Source: Porphyridium purpureum (taxonomy: Eukaryota). From it: 64,000 nucleotides of DNA. How positions within the stretch are numbered: position 1 is the first letter of the stretch; each line of letters begins with the position of its first letter. The position numbers and the translations under genes are program-made. The stretch covers positions 1,984,001 to 2,048,000 of the forward strand of contig VRMN01000002.1 of NCBI GenBank assembly GCA_008690995.1, read 5' to 3'. Shown piece by piece: positions 11,620-21,345 of this stretch. The notes under the pieces were generated by a model that was not told the origin of the DNA, ran no database searches, and saw only the letters and a program-made list of their open reading frames with translations.

Positions 11620-11621
11620 AA

Positions 11622-13925
11622 CTACACTTTACGGGAAATCCTGTCCTCTTCTGGAAGAGGCTTCTTGCTGGTGACCTCTTGTTCCTGAAGCATCCTGTTG
11701 AAAACCCCGCTCGGGTTCTGCTTGAGCTCCGCATAGGTGCCTGCCTCTACAATTTGCCCGGACTTCATCACCAGAATGCGGTCCGCATGCCGAATCGTGC
11801 TGAGGCGGTGGGCGATGAGCACGCTCGTCCGATTGTGTTCCATGCGCTTCAGCGCTTCCGTGATCTCGCGCTCGGTCTCGGAATCCAGAGCGCTCGTCGC
11901 TTCGTCGCAGATCAAGATCTTCGGGTTTCTGAGCAGGCAGCGCGCGATGGACACACGCTGCCGCTCACCGCCGCTTAACCGGATACCCTTGTTCCCTACA
12001 TGAGTCTGGTAGCCCATAGGCATGGCGGCAATCGTATCGTGAATACGCGCCAACTTGGCCACGCGCTCAATTTCCGCGGGCGTGGCGCGTTCTGGGCACC
12101 CGTATGCGATGTTGTAAAAAATCGTGTCGTTGAATAGTGTCGAGTCTTGCGGAATGACACCCATTGACGTGCGCAGCGAGTGCAACGTCACATTTGAAAT
12201 GTCTTGTCCATCGATCTTGATTGAGCCCGAGTCTGCTTGGTACATGCGCTGCAACAGTTTGATCACACTGGACTTCCCAGAACCACTTGCCCCCACAATT
12301 GCCACTGTCGAGCCAGCCGGAATTCGAAAGGAAAGATTCTTCAAAAGTCTAGAGCCCGCTGGGCCGCGGCTTTCCTCGTGCGCCTCGATATCATCTGCGT
12401 CAACGCCATCCTCGCCATCACTTGCTACCTCGTCGTAGGAAAAACAAACGTTGTCAAAAACAATCTCTGCGCCGCCGACCTGAAGGGGCTTTGCGTCCGG
12501 CGCATCGCGAATGCGCGCCGGTCGATCCAGGATCTCCAGCACGTTTTCTGCGCTAATGAGCGCCTGCTTGAGCTCTCGATACTGCCAGCCCAGAAAGTTG
12601 AGTGGCACCCAGAGCTGTTCCATCAGACCTGTGACCATGAGCAAATCACCCACAGTTAGCGCACCCGCGCCAATCCGCCGCGTGATAAGTACGAGCACCG
12701 CGGTGAAGCCCATCGCGAATACGGCCGACTGGCCGGCATTGAGCATCGAGTACTGGTACTCGTTCTTGACAGCGTTCCGTTCATATTCAGACAGACAGGC
12801 ATCGAGCCTTTTGGACTCGAGCGTCTCGTTGGCAAACTGCTGCACAAACTCTATGCCAAAGACGCTGTCGGTCATACGGCCTCGCATTTCGCGCTTGATA
12901 CCCTGCATGATCTTCCGCGTAATGCCAAGCGCGTTGTTCACGAAGAACGTGAACCCCAGGAAGAGACCAAACGTGACCACAGTCAGCGTGACGAGATACG
13001 GTCCAAAGCGAGCCAGCAACACGCCACATACAAGGATAAACTCAAGCACGGTTGGAAAAAAGGATAACACGATGAGACGACACAGCGACGCAAAAGAGTC
13101 GGCCCCGTCGTTGATTAGCTCGACCAGATCGCCTGCTTTGCGAGCAAGGTGAAATTCCGGCTCGAGCGCGAGCACATGTTCAAAATTGTCTCGCGCGAAG
13201 AGACGCCCCGCGCGATTAATGAATTTTGCCATGAATACATTCCTTGCCTCGTGAAGCATACCGCCCAGCATTCTTAGCAGTCCGTAGGCAGCCATTAGCC
13301 CAGACGCTGAGCGAGTGACGGTAGGGCTGAGAGAAAGTCGAGGGCCGCCGACGGCCAACGTGTCCAGCGCGAGCTTGAAGACGAGCGGTTTGAGGAGATT
13401 ACACACCTTGCTCAAGCAAATCACGAGCAGGGCCATGTACACCGGTACAAAACTCACTGCGTGTTTCCGGCATAACCGCAGAACATGTGAAATCAGCCTG
13501 CGCAGCGTGCCGCGTGACTGCATGAAGTTAACGCTCTGTAGCTCCTCCTTCTTTTGCGTGATTCCCAATGCATCTGGATCTAATCTGATGAGCTGCTCGT
13601 CAAATGTTTCACGGACGTGTTGCTGGTTACCGACTTGTCGCGTTGTCGGCAGCATTCCATTCAACGAACCTGACGCCGTCGCGGCGCGCGGACCGTTATC
13701 ATGCGCTGAATCATTTCCCGCGCGGGCGATAGACATCACCAGCCGCGACACTGGCCTTCCGAATCGAAAGCCGGCCTTCCATCTGCGGAAGCGGCACCAG
13801 TCATGACGCGGAACGGTGCAAGTTGCCGCCGCCGATGCCGCTGCGGCAAATACAGCACCATGATGCGACTCGCCAGAACAGCGCACGACAGCCTGGTGCA
13901 CGACGGGCGCAGCAAACAATAACAT
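11622..13925 (-). CDS. ABCB half-transporter (ATM1/ABCB7/HMT1-like) with transit-peptide-like N-terminus
   Basis: Transmembrane domain followed by an NBD with Walker A GASGSGKS, signature LSGGERQR, Walker B ILICDEATSALD and IAHRLST. PLNFLGWQYRE is ATM1-like. Likely start MLLFAAP at 13925. Confidence 0.92.
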   Translation of the reverse strand: MLLFAAPVVHQAVVRCSGESHHGAVFAAAASAAATCTVPRHDWCRFRRWKAGFRFGRPVSRLVMSIARAGNDSAHDNGPRAATASGSLNGMLPTTRQVGNQQHVRETFDEQLIRLDPDALGITQKKEELQSVNFMQSRGTLRRLISHVLRLCRKHAVSFVPVYMALLVICLSKVCNLLKPLVFKLALDTLAVGGPRLSLSPTVTRSASGLMAAYGLLRMLGGMLHEARNVFMAKFINRAGRLFARDNFEHVLALEPEFHLARKAGDLVELINDGADSFASLCRLIVLSFFPTVLEFILVCGVLLARFGPYLVTLTVVTFGLFLGFTFFVNNALGITRKIMQGIKREMRGRMTDSVFGIEFVQQFANETLESKRLDACLSEYERNAVKNEYQYSMLNAGQSAVFAMGFTAVLVLITRRIGAGALTVGDLLMVTGLMEQLWVPLNFLGWQYRELKQALISAENVLEILDRPARIRDAPDAKPLQVGGAEIVFDNVCFSYDEVASDGEDGVDADDIEAHEESRGPAGSRLLKNLSFRIPAGSTVAIVGASGSGKSSVIKLLQRMYQADSGSIKIDGQDISNVTLHSLRTSMGVIPQDSTLFNDTIFYNIAYGCPERATPAEIERVAKLARIHDTIAAMPMGYQTHVGNKGIRLSGGERQRVSIARCLLRNPKILICDEATSALDSETEREITEALKRMEHNRTSVLIAHRLSTIRHADRILVMKSGQIVEAGTYAELKQNPSGVFNRMLQEQEVTSKKPLPEEDRISRKV

Positions 13926-14508
13926 CGCGCTGCAATGCCGTTCTAATGCCCACTCACTTGTTGACGGCCTTGAAACATACAATGTCTTTGGCCTCCACGT
14001 TGCCCACCAGCAGCAGTTTCCAATCTCCTGCTCCTTCACGGCAATGCATATTCCAGTGACATCTCTGTCATCATTCAATACTAACCAGATGACAAACACA
14101 CTCGCACTGTACTAATCACTGTACCTTTGCGAGTAACTGTACTCCGCCATCGTAGAAAAAGTACAGTTGAACCACCGCGCCGACTTTTTTTTGGTTGTCG
14201 CGCGCGCAAGAGAAGAGAGAGAGGTGGCGCCTGAGAGACGCGGCACGGGAATGGAATCGCGCACGCGCGCATGTGTCGTGCGCTGCGTGGCATGACGCTG
14301 TACAAGTTAGCTGCGCTCGCAGGCTGCTGGTGTCTGTTTTATTTTTATTGTGTGCGAAGGGAACACGGAGCTGAGCTCGAGGACTTTTGGTGAGACGAGA
14401 CTCGCACGGCATGCGCTTGAGAAACGCTCTGCCGCAAGTAGTGTGACGGTGCGCGGTCTTTCTGAATGTTTACACACGGCGTGTGGCGGTGGTGCATGCT
14501 AAGGAAGC

Positions 14509-16218
14509 ATGCTGCGGAGCGCTCACACCCGTTCTAAGAATGAGCGGATGGAAGACCGTGACGCCTCTCACGAAGGTCCAGGTGCTCGTGATGGGAGCCA
14601 AGGCGAGAGTGAAACGCATGCTGACGTGCGTGTTCAGCGAGGAAAAGAGAAAGATGACAGCGATGCGTTGCGCTCCGGCATCGTGGATGTCGCGTTTGCG
14701 AATGCCACACAAAGTAGAGTGGAGGGTGGTGGCGCCTTGGAAAACCTTGACCTCGTTCGTCGTGAGGGAGTTGAGGACGAAGAGGGTCGCGGCGAAGCGT
14801 ACGAGCTCGTCGAAGTAGTCGATGATAACGATAATGGAGGACTTTTACGGCACCTGCCCAACTCGCCTGCGAACGCTCGGGATGGCGTGCCCGACGCAAA
14901 ACAAGTCACAGAAATGGGAAACAGAGCCATTCCTCGAGAGTTGAGGAGCTGCAGTCGCGGTCGTCCGCAATGGTTTGATGAGACTTTGGATGATGATGAG
15001 GACGACAGCGATTTTGATCCGCGCAAGGACCTTGCAAAGGCAGCGAGAGGCCTCAACGAGAACGCGCATGTGAAGGTGACTGGGAAGGAATTGAAGTTGC
15101 TGCAGCTGGATGATTGCGACGAGTACGAAGTCGTTGAAGTGCTCGACGAAAAGGAAGAAAGTCAGGCACCGGAGCGCTTTGCAAGCTCAACGGCGGAAAT
15201 GCAAGAAGGCGACAAGAGTACACATCATGGCGTGAAAAAGAGGCGCAGAGTGGAGCACGGAAAAAAAAGCACAGGTGACGCTGCATTTCTGATATGGAGC
15301 GAAGACAATTTTGACGACGAAGAGGACGACATTGACTTTGATCCACGCACCGACCTGGAGAAGGCTATGAAAGACCTCGACGAGAATGCGAATTTTACGG
15401 TGGATGAGGAGGAGCTGCGACTGCTGCTGGCCGACACCGGTGCGGATTCGAACCAGGCGCTCTTTGAAACCCATCCTGTCAGTGCGCTTGTGCAACAGGC
15501 GCATGCGACGCCAAGCGTTTCGGTGACGCCTTCACAGGAAGTACAGACGTTTCCAGCTCGTGCGCGACGAGGGCGGCCGAAGCGATCTGGGATGCATGCG
15601 CCTGTTTTGTCCCAGCCGGTGCTGCTGCGTCCAAAGGCGCCGGCCTTTCCAAAAGCGGACGAAGCACATTCGAACAGTGCGCCGATCGTCCCCGCGGTGA
15701 CAGAAATGACGCCAGCCGGAATCTTTACAGGTATTCAAGTGCGCCAGCTCTGCGAGCAAATGAATTTGCACGTGCAGTTGCTGGTCCAAAATGTACTGTT
15801 ATCATTCCAGAAGGGCCCGACCTGGGCTCCGGAGGCTGGGAGTCGAAGTTCACTGCTCTTGCAGGACCTCTTGGAAAAGCGCAGAGTTATGAACGAATAC
15901 TTCCATCATTTTGGAACCCTGGGCGGCCGATTCGTGGTTGACCCGCCTCTCCCTTCTCCTGGTCGCGTTTTGGATTCGACACTTACGCACGCACCTTCAT
16001 TCTTCAACATTGATGTTCTTGACCGCGTGGGGCTGGTCTTGACCGCTTGCACGGCCGGGGCCTGTGTGCCGGGCCATTGGGCAGACCAAACTTTGCAAAT
16101 GGTAATGCAAGGTCTTTTACGGCCCGATTACGTACCGTTAGGCATAGATGGGGTTCTCCGGACAGTTGACGCATCACGCATGGCGCTGAATGACGTGCCT
16201 TCCCGATACTCCGGCTGA
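14509..16218 (+). CDS. GON4L/YY1AP/DUO3-like nuclear protein
   Basis: FTGIQVRQLCEQMNLHVQLLVQ resembles the GON4L/DUO3 LxxQxxxHVQLLxQ motif; an acidic DDxDF..V..xEL block occurs twice. Start may be ATG 14548. Confidence 0.6.
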   Translation: MLRSAHTRSKNERMEDRDASHEGPGARDGSQGESETHADVRVQRGKEKDDSDALRSGIVDVAFANATQSRVEGGGALENLDLVRREGVEDEEGRGEAYELVEVVDDNDNGGLLRHLPNSPANARDGVPDAKQVTEMGNRAIPRELRSCSRGRPQWFDETLDDDEDDSDFDPRKDLAKAARGLNENAHVKVTGKELKLLQLDDCDEYEVVEVLDEKEESQAPERFASSTAEMQEGDKSTHHGVKKRRRVEHGKKSTGDAAFLIWSEDNFDDEEDDIDFDPRTDLEKAMKDLDENANFTVDEEELRLLLADTGADSNQALFETHPVSALVQQAHATPSVSVTPSQEVQTFPARARRGRPKRSGMHAPVLSQPVLLRPKAPAFPKADEAHSNSAPIVPAVTEMTPAGIFTGIQVRQLCEQMNLHVQLLVQNVLLSFQKGPTWAPEAGSRSSLLLQDLLEKRRVMNEYFHHFGTLGGRFVVDPPLPSPGRVLDSTLTHAPSFFNIDVLDRVGLVLTACTAGACVPGHWADQTLQMVMQGLLRPDYVPLGIDGVLRTVDASRMALNDVPSRYSG

Positions 16219-16724
16219 GGGGGAAGCTTGTGCGCTCTATCTTTCTCCAGCATGGCAACGAGGTTGAGCCTGACCACATTGCAGGGCTGAAAACCTCTCA
16301 CCAAGCCGTACCGGCGCCTAGACGCACACCCCAGACGGTGCCGTGTCTGGACGAGTTTGGCAGACCAGCCCTTTTGCCTGCTTTCTTCTTCCGGTTTGAT
16401 TTGGACTGGTGAATCGATCGAAGGCGCGGCGCTTTAAAGGCCGGGGGAGGATTCCAGTTGATTGTGGCGCTGCCGTGCATGGTGGTGTACGGCGTGCAAG
16501 CGCAGAGCGAAATGAGTACGTTTTGGATTCCGCGGAGGCGCTCACCTGTTGGGAAGTAGAATAGCTCGATGAATCGTGGGTCAGCATGAAGATACGGCAG
16601 AGGATCGGCACATCGAACCCCGGCAAATACCATACCACGAAAAAGTGCGATCAAAACTTTAGTACGTCAGCTGAAAGACCAACAATACAACAAACTGCCA
16701 TAACAGCCTGAAGCTGCTGATCAT

Positions 16725-18449
16725 CTATTCCAACTTGAGCTCCGGCTTGCGCCCTTCTTGGCCCATGATTTTCAGGTGCTCAATGTGCGCAGAGATCGCT
16801 TCCCGGTATGTGCGAAACACGTTGTACGGCAGCCCGCGCTTCTTGCATTCATCCATGACGATCGGCGTAAGCTGCGGGTACAAATGCTGCGACACAGTCG
16901 GCAGCAGATGGTGAATGGTCTGATAATTCAGACCGCCAGACAAGTAGGTTGCCAGAAAGTTATTATGGCCGTAATCGATTGTCGTGTAGAGCTGCGTGTG
17001 TGCCCACTCCTTCTCCACAAGCGTGTGCACCGGCTCGCTGTCGCGCTGGTCCACGTGGCTCTCGTACCAGTCTGCCACCGTCGTGACATGCGACACCTGG
17101 AAATTATAGGCCAGCCAGTAGCCGGTCACAAACTCGCTGCACAAGAAGAGAAGGATGTGCTCCTTCCACGGCAGCTGGAAAAAGACGTGTGGTACAACGA
17201 AGCGGAAGAATGCCCAGAAACTCTTGGAGGCAAACTGGCGGACATTATCCTGGACTGAGATTGGGTTGACGCGAATAGGACCATTGGTGTGCGCCGAGAA
17301 AATCTCAAACACATCCTGATATCTGCTCTTCAGGCCCAGCACACCGTACAGCACAGGCATGTAGACGTACTGGTACTTGTACACCGAGGCCCAAAACTGC
17401 GACGGCGCAATACGGCGGGGGTCGCCCTCCTTGGTCATGGGCAAGTCCGGGTCGGCGCCCATCACGTTTGTGTACACGTGGTGGCCAATCACGTGCTGGT
17501 TGCGCCAGGATACCATGGACGAACCGGCGATCCAGTCAAGCGAGATGCGCCCGATCAAGTACCACCACCACTCACTGTGGCCAATCGACGCGTGCGACGA
17601 GTCGTGCATCCAGCCAGTGAGTGGAATGCCCTGGCAGCCAATGCCGAACAGAATGGCGCACACCGCGCGCCACGCCAGCGGAAGGTCTGGACGCAGGTAC
17701 GCAGCGACAAACGCAAAGGCGCCCATCACGTACGCGGGCATCATCTTGGCAAACGACGTGATGACGTTCTTGTGGTCGATATTCTGCTCGTCCAGGTGCT
17801 CCTTCACGCGCTTGCACATGGTCTCGTAGAAGCCCGAGTCCACCGGGTAGACAGGATGTTCGTAGGTGACCATATCGCCAATCAAGAACTTCTTGAGCAC
17901 CTGCTCGGGCTTCTTGGTGAATGGGTGATAGGACACGAACAAGTCTGTTGCGTCGCGGCCGCAGCACAGCAGGAGCAACTCGCGGCCTCCCGGGTGGCTG
18001 TCCACAAAGTCGGTCACGTCGTACACCTTTCCGCGCACGGCGATCCACGCCGACTCCTCAGTGCAGTGCTGCGCGACCTGCTGCCACGTGTACTTGCCAT
18101 CGGTGCTTCTTTGCTGCGCCGGCGCAGCCTTGCGGCGCTTGGCGGCTGCCGCGCGGCGCCAGCTCGCCAGGACGTCCAGCACAACCGCCGCGCCTTCGCC
18201 CAGCACCGCAAACCCGAGCAAGATGCTCCACACGGGCAGCTTTCCCGCCGCGACTCCGGCGAAAGTGATCCCCACCGCGCCAATGACGACCATCCACGCG
18301 GAGCGTCCCTGCGGGGTCATCTCCTTGCGGAACGAGCTGGGCACCGGGCGCAGCGTCGCGTCCTCCGCGACGCGCTTGTCCGCGGCATGCGATCCCACCA
18401 CCGCCTGCACCGTGGAGCCCAGCGCTCCCACCGAACTACGCTCAGGCAT
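16725..18449 (-). CDS. Front-end fatty-acid desaturase with cytochrome b5 domain (delta-5-like)
   Basis: HPGG heme motif and His boxes HDSSH, HVIGHH and QTIHH; GADPDL. Regiospecificity is inferred from similarity only. Confidence 0.93.
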   Translation of the reverse strand: MPERSSVGALGSTVQAVVGSHAADKRVAEDATLRPVPSSFRKEMTPQGRSAWMVVIGAVGITFAGVAAGKLPVWSILLGFAVLGEGAAVVLDVLASWRRAAAAKRRKAAPAQQRSTDGKYTWQQVAQHCTEESAWIAVRGKVYDVTDFVDSHPGGRELLLLCCGRDATDLFVSYHPFTKKPEQVLKKFLIGDMVTYEHPVYPVDSGFYETMCKRVKEHLDEQNIDHKNVITSFAKMMPAYVMGAFAFVAAYLRPDLPLAWRAVCAILFGIGCQGIPLTGWMHDSSHASIGHSEWWWYLIGRISLDWIAGSSMVSWRNQHVIGHHVYTNVMGADPDLPMTKEGDPRRIAPSQFWASVYKYQYVYMPVLYGVLGLKSRYQDVFEIFSAHTNGPIRVNPISVQDNVRQFASKSFWAFFRFVVPHVFFQLPWKEHILLFLCSEFVTGYWLAYNFQVSHVTTVADWYESHVDQRDSEPVHTLVEKEWAHTQLYTTIDYGHNNFLATYLSGGLNYQTIHHLLPTVSQHLYPQLTPIVMDECKKRGLPYNVFRTYREAISAHIEHLKIMGQEGRKPELKLE

Positions 18450-19040
18450 CTCTCCCTATCCCGCCTTTTCCTTCCCACGCCTCCCTCTCAGAACTCTTCC
18501 CACAAATCCTCAAACTCTCAAACCCCCACCTCCTCTCCTCACCTCTCTTCCCAACCTTCCCCCCAACCCATACTCCACTTTAATTTCTCAAGCCTTCCTT
18601 GCGCTCCGACCGCAAGTCCGGACAGAGGAGACGTCGCTCTTCTTTACTATGTAGAGACGCGCACGCACAACAGAAACAACGTCACTACGAAAAGCAAATC
18701 CCCTCTCCTCCCGCCCTGAACACACAAAATGATCGCCATTGGCCGCTTTACTAGTAGACACGAATCGGGCGGTGTCGCTCTCTCCGGTGTGGGCGGCTGC
18801 CGCACCGCACCAACAGGCGAGCTCGAGCGCTCCGGTCTGGCCGCCAACGGAAGGAAACACCCAAACTGAGTGATACATTTCTCGGTGGGTGTTCTGTTGA
18901 GCGGTTGGTGTGTGCGGCCGTGGTGGGGGAGCGCGCTCGTTTGCACGCGCGCAGGAGGTACAGCGTTGATAAGTTTACTGCGGTGCATTGGCATCGCGCA
19001 CGTGCTGCGCGCGCGTGACAGCGCCACTCGCCAAATGTGT

Positions 19041-19096
19041 GAACTGGGAACTGGGACCTGGGAACTGGGAACTGGGAACTGCGAACTGGGAACTGC
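19041..19096. repeat. Heptamer tandem repeat (GAACTGG) x8
   Basis: gaactgg gaactgg gacctgg gaactgg gaactgg gaactgc gaactgg gaactgc read directly from the sequence. Confidence 0.95.
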
Positions 19097-19918
19097 GCAA
19101 GACAAACGGCGTGTGATTGGATTAAGCGCCAAGGTTCAGCGTGCAAGTTTGTGCAACAGGCGCTCGCATGGTCGCCGTGTGGTTGTGTAAATACGTGCCG
19201 ACGGCCTGTTGGCGTTCAGGCAGCCGGCTGCGCGTCGTCGCCAATCGCAAGCCAAGCGGCTTATCAGTTACCGGTTGCTGGCCGTAACCGTTTAGCCGCG
19301 CGCCAATCTGTCGCCCCAGGCACGCACACACACACAACCTCCAGCCCTGTGGCGGTGTCAAGCGCGGCCGTACCGCGCGCTGTACACCCACAGATCTCAC
19401 CGTGCTGCGTGGAAGAAGGAGCGCTTACCGTCAGCTTCCCACGGTAAAATCAGAAAAACGCGCCGCGCTGTTATGTTCGCGTGTGTTCGTTTGGTGTTCC
19501 GCGTGCATGGCGTGTCGTCTTGGAACGCGACCGCGATCGGATCGGAAACGAACGAAAAATCCCACCACAATCACCACCGCTATCACAATAACGCACGCAA
19601 TGACGTGCGCGCGCAGATTTTGTTTCTGCCAAAATGGCGCCGGTTGCTTATGAATCTTGCGCGACATGGCGCGTTCTTGAGTGTGTGCGTGCGTGGTTTC
19701 GAGCGTTTGAGGGGGTTTTTGGTTTGGTGTTGTGAAGGATGTTGCTGAGTGTCATCGCAACATTCGCTCGTCAACCGACTATATTTGCAGGCTCAAGGCT
19801 CAGTCGCGTGGGCGGGAGACGGGAAGAGTCGTGGTGCCAAGTGCGACGGAAGTGCAAGTAGACACCAGCGCCCGACGTTCAGACGCAGCAGAGAGGGCAA
19901 GCTCGAGGCACAGGAAAG

Positions 19919-20668
19919 ATGGCAGCGTTGTTTGTAAGCGCACCGGCAGGCTGGGCGTGCGGCGCGGCTCGCACGGCGCGCGGCGCGCAGGCCGCGCCCT
20001 TGCGCACCGCGGCGGCGCGCCGCACCATCGTCATGTCGTTGAATAGGAAGCGCCTGCAGGCCAGGACCGAGAAGAAGACTCACGTGGTTGCGCCGCCGCA
20101 GACCGGGCCTCACGCCGCGACTCTGGCGGAGAAGGCGCCGCTGTATTTCATGTTTGTAATGGCCGGCGTGCAGCTCACGAAACGCATCCTGGCGGCGCCG
20201 GGCGCGCTCCCACACGAAAAGATTCTCATTGCGTCCCTGCTGTTTGCGCTGCCAGGCGCGGCCGTGTTCTGCGCCTCGAAAATGGACGAGTCGCTCGAAA
20301 TGGAGGGCGCGCGCAACGCTTTCCGCATCACAAAGGCTGAAATTGAAAACCAGCAGAACCGCTCGGCGCTGTGCGCGGCCGCCTCGCTCGCTGGATTCTT
20401 CTCCGCAGCTTGGATCAGCCCGGCGCTTGGCGCCGCACTCGTGACGGGCGCGCAGCTCTTCTTCCACACGCGCACCAAATTTACATTGAAGAACCGCGTC
20501 GTCACGCGCGTCGACCAGAGCGACGAGATGAAGAGGACGGGAATGCTCAGCTCGTTTGCTGCGCTGATGTCGAACGTGAGCCCGCTTGCAGTGGCGTTCA
20601 GCGTGCTGTTCCTCACAATTTCTGTCTTCAATGGCTCGATTCTGACCCACATGCGCCTCGTGGCTTGA
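19919..20668 (+). CDS. Probable plastid-targeted membrane protein of unknown function
   Basis: MAALFVSAPAG..RRTIVM transit-peptide-like N-terminus, several hydrophobic segments and strong GC3 bias. Confidence 0.7.
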   Translation: MAALFVSAPAGWACGAARTARGAQAAPLRTAAARRTIVMSLNRKRLQARTEKKTHVVAPPQTGPHAATLAEKAPLYFMFVMAGVQLTKRILAAPGALPHEKILIASLLFALPGAAVFCASKMDESLEMEGARNAFRITKAEIENQQNRSALCAAASLAGFFSAAWISPALGAALVTGAQLFFHTRTKFTLKNRVVTRVDQSDEMKRTGMLSSFAALMSNVSPLAVAFSVLFLTISVFNGSILTHMRLVA

Positions 20669-21345
20669 GGATCGCGAGAAGATGGCGGTAGGTCATGGAC
20701 ACGGTGAACCAATTCGTGTGCTGCGCTCAACTCGCATGTCCATGTGTGAAAATGTAACTGCACCCAGCCCTGGTACAGAGATGGTAACAATGTCTAGAAG
20801 TGCGCGACTTCTTGCAAGTAGAGTGATGACTCGCATTCGAGCAAGCTCGCGCAAATGTTCCGCGAATAATAGTTTGTCCTGAAAAGGTTACGCAATAAAC
20901 AGTCCGTAATTGAGCACTTGACCTTTTCCGGTGGCTGAGCGCCCGTCGGGCATCCGGAAAGTCCCGGGCTTTCTCCCAACGTGCTGGCGGGAGACGCAGG
21001 CCCTCGGAACAGATGAGTTCACAGACCGATGCACGCGCGAGCGCGCACGCATTGTCTCCAGTCGGCGCGCAGCGACATGCGACTCGCGTCCTCCGAGCGT
21101 TCGCCTCATCACACTGTACAGCTCACTGTACCCTTTCGGCAGAGGCAGTCAAGACGGGCGCACGCACGTGCGCATGCGTGCGGAGCGGGCGCGAAAGTTG
21201 TGTGTCGCCCAAGAGGGAACAGCGCGGGAAGGGAAACGTGGGACGGACAACCGCTGATTGCTTCTCTCCGCTGCCCCGCTTCTCTTGCTCAGGTTGCGTT
21301 CTTTTGCGGCACGCCGCGGACGGATTGCAACGTCTGTCCGCGCGC

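Noticed and set aside
17289..18719. 476-aa plus-strand ORF antisense to the desaturase (similarly 24252-25307 over ATP2 and 900-1952 over dusB)
   Set aside because: Shadow ORFs expected from high-GC codon bias; no motifs, and the opposite strand holds a clear gene.
19041..19096. Short repeats as a CRISPR array or telomeric repeat
   Set aside because: Head-to-tail heptamers without spacers, no cas genes, and an internal location with a non-telomeric unit.
20823..20882. GTGATGA...CTGA, a possible C/D snoRNA
   Set aside because: Only 60 nt, no terminal stem and no convincing guide next to a D or D' box.
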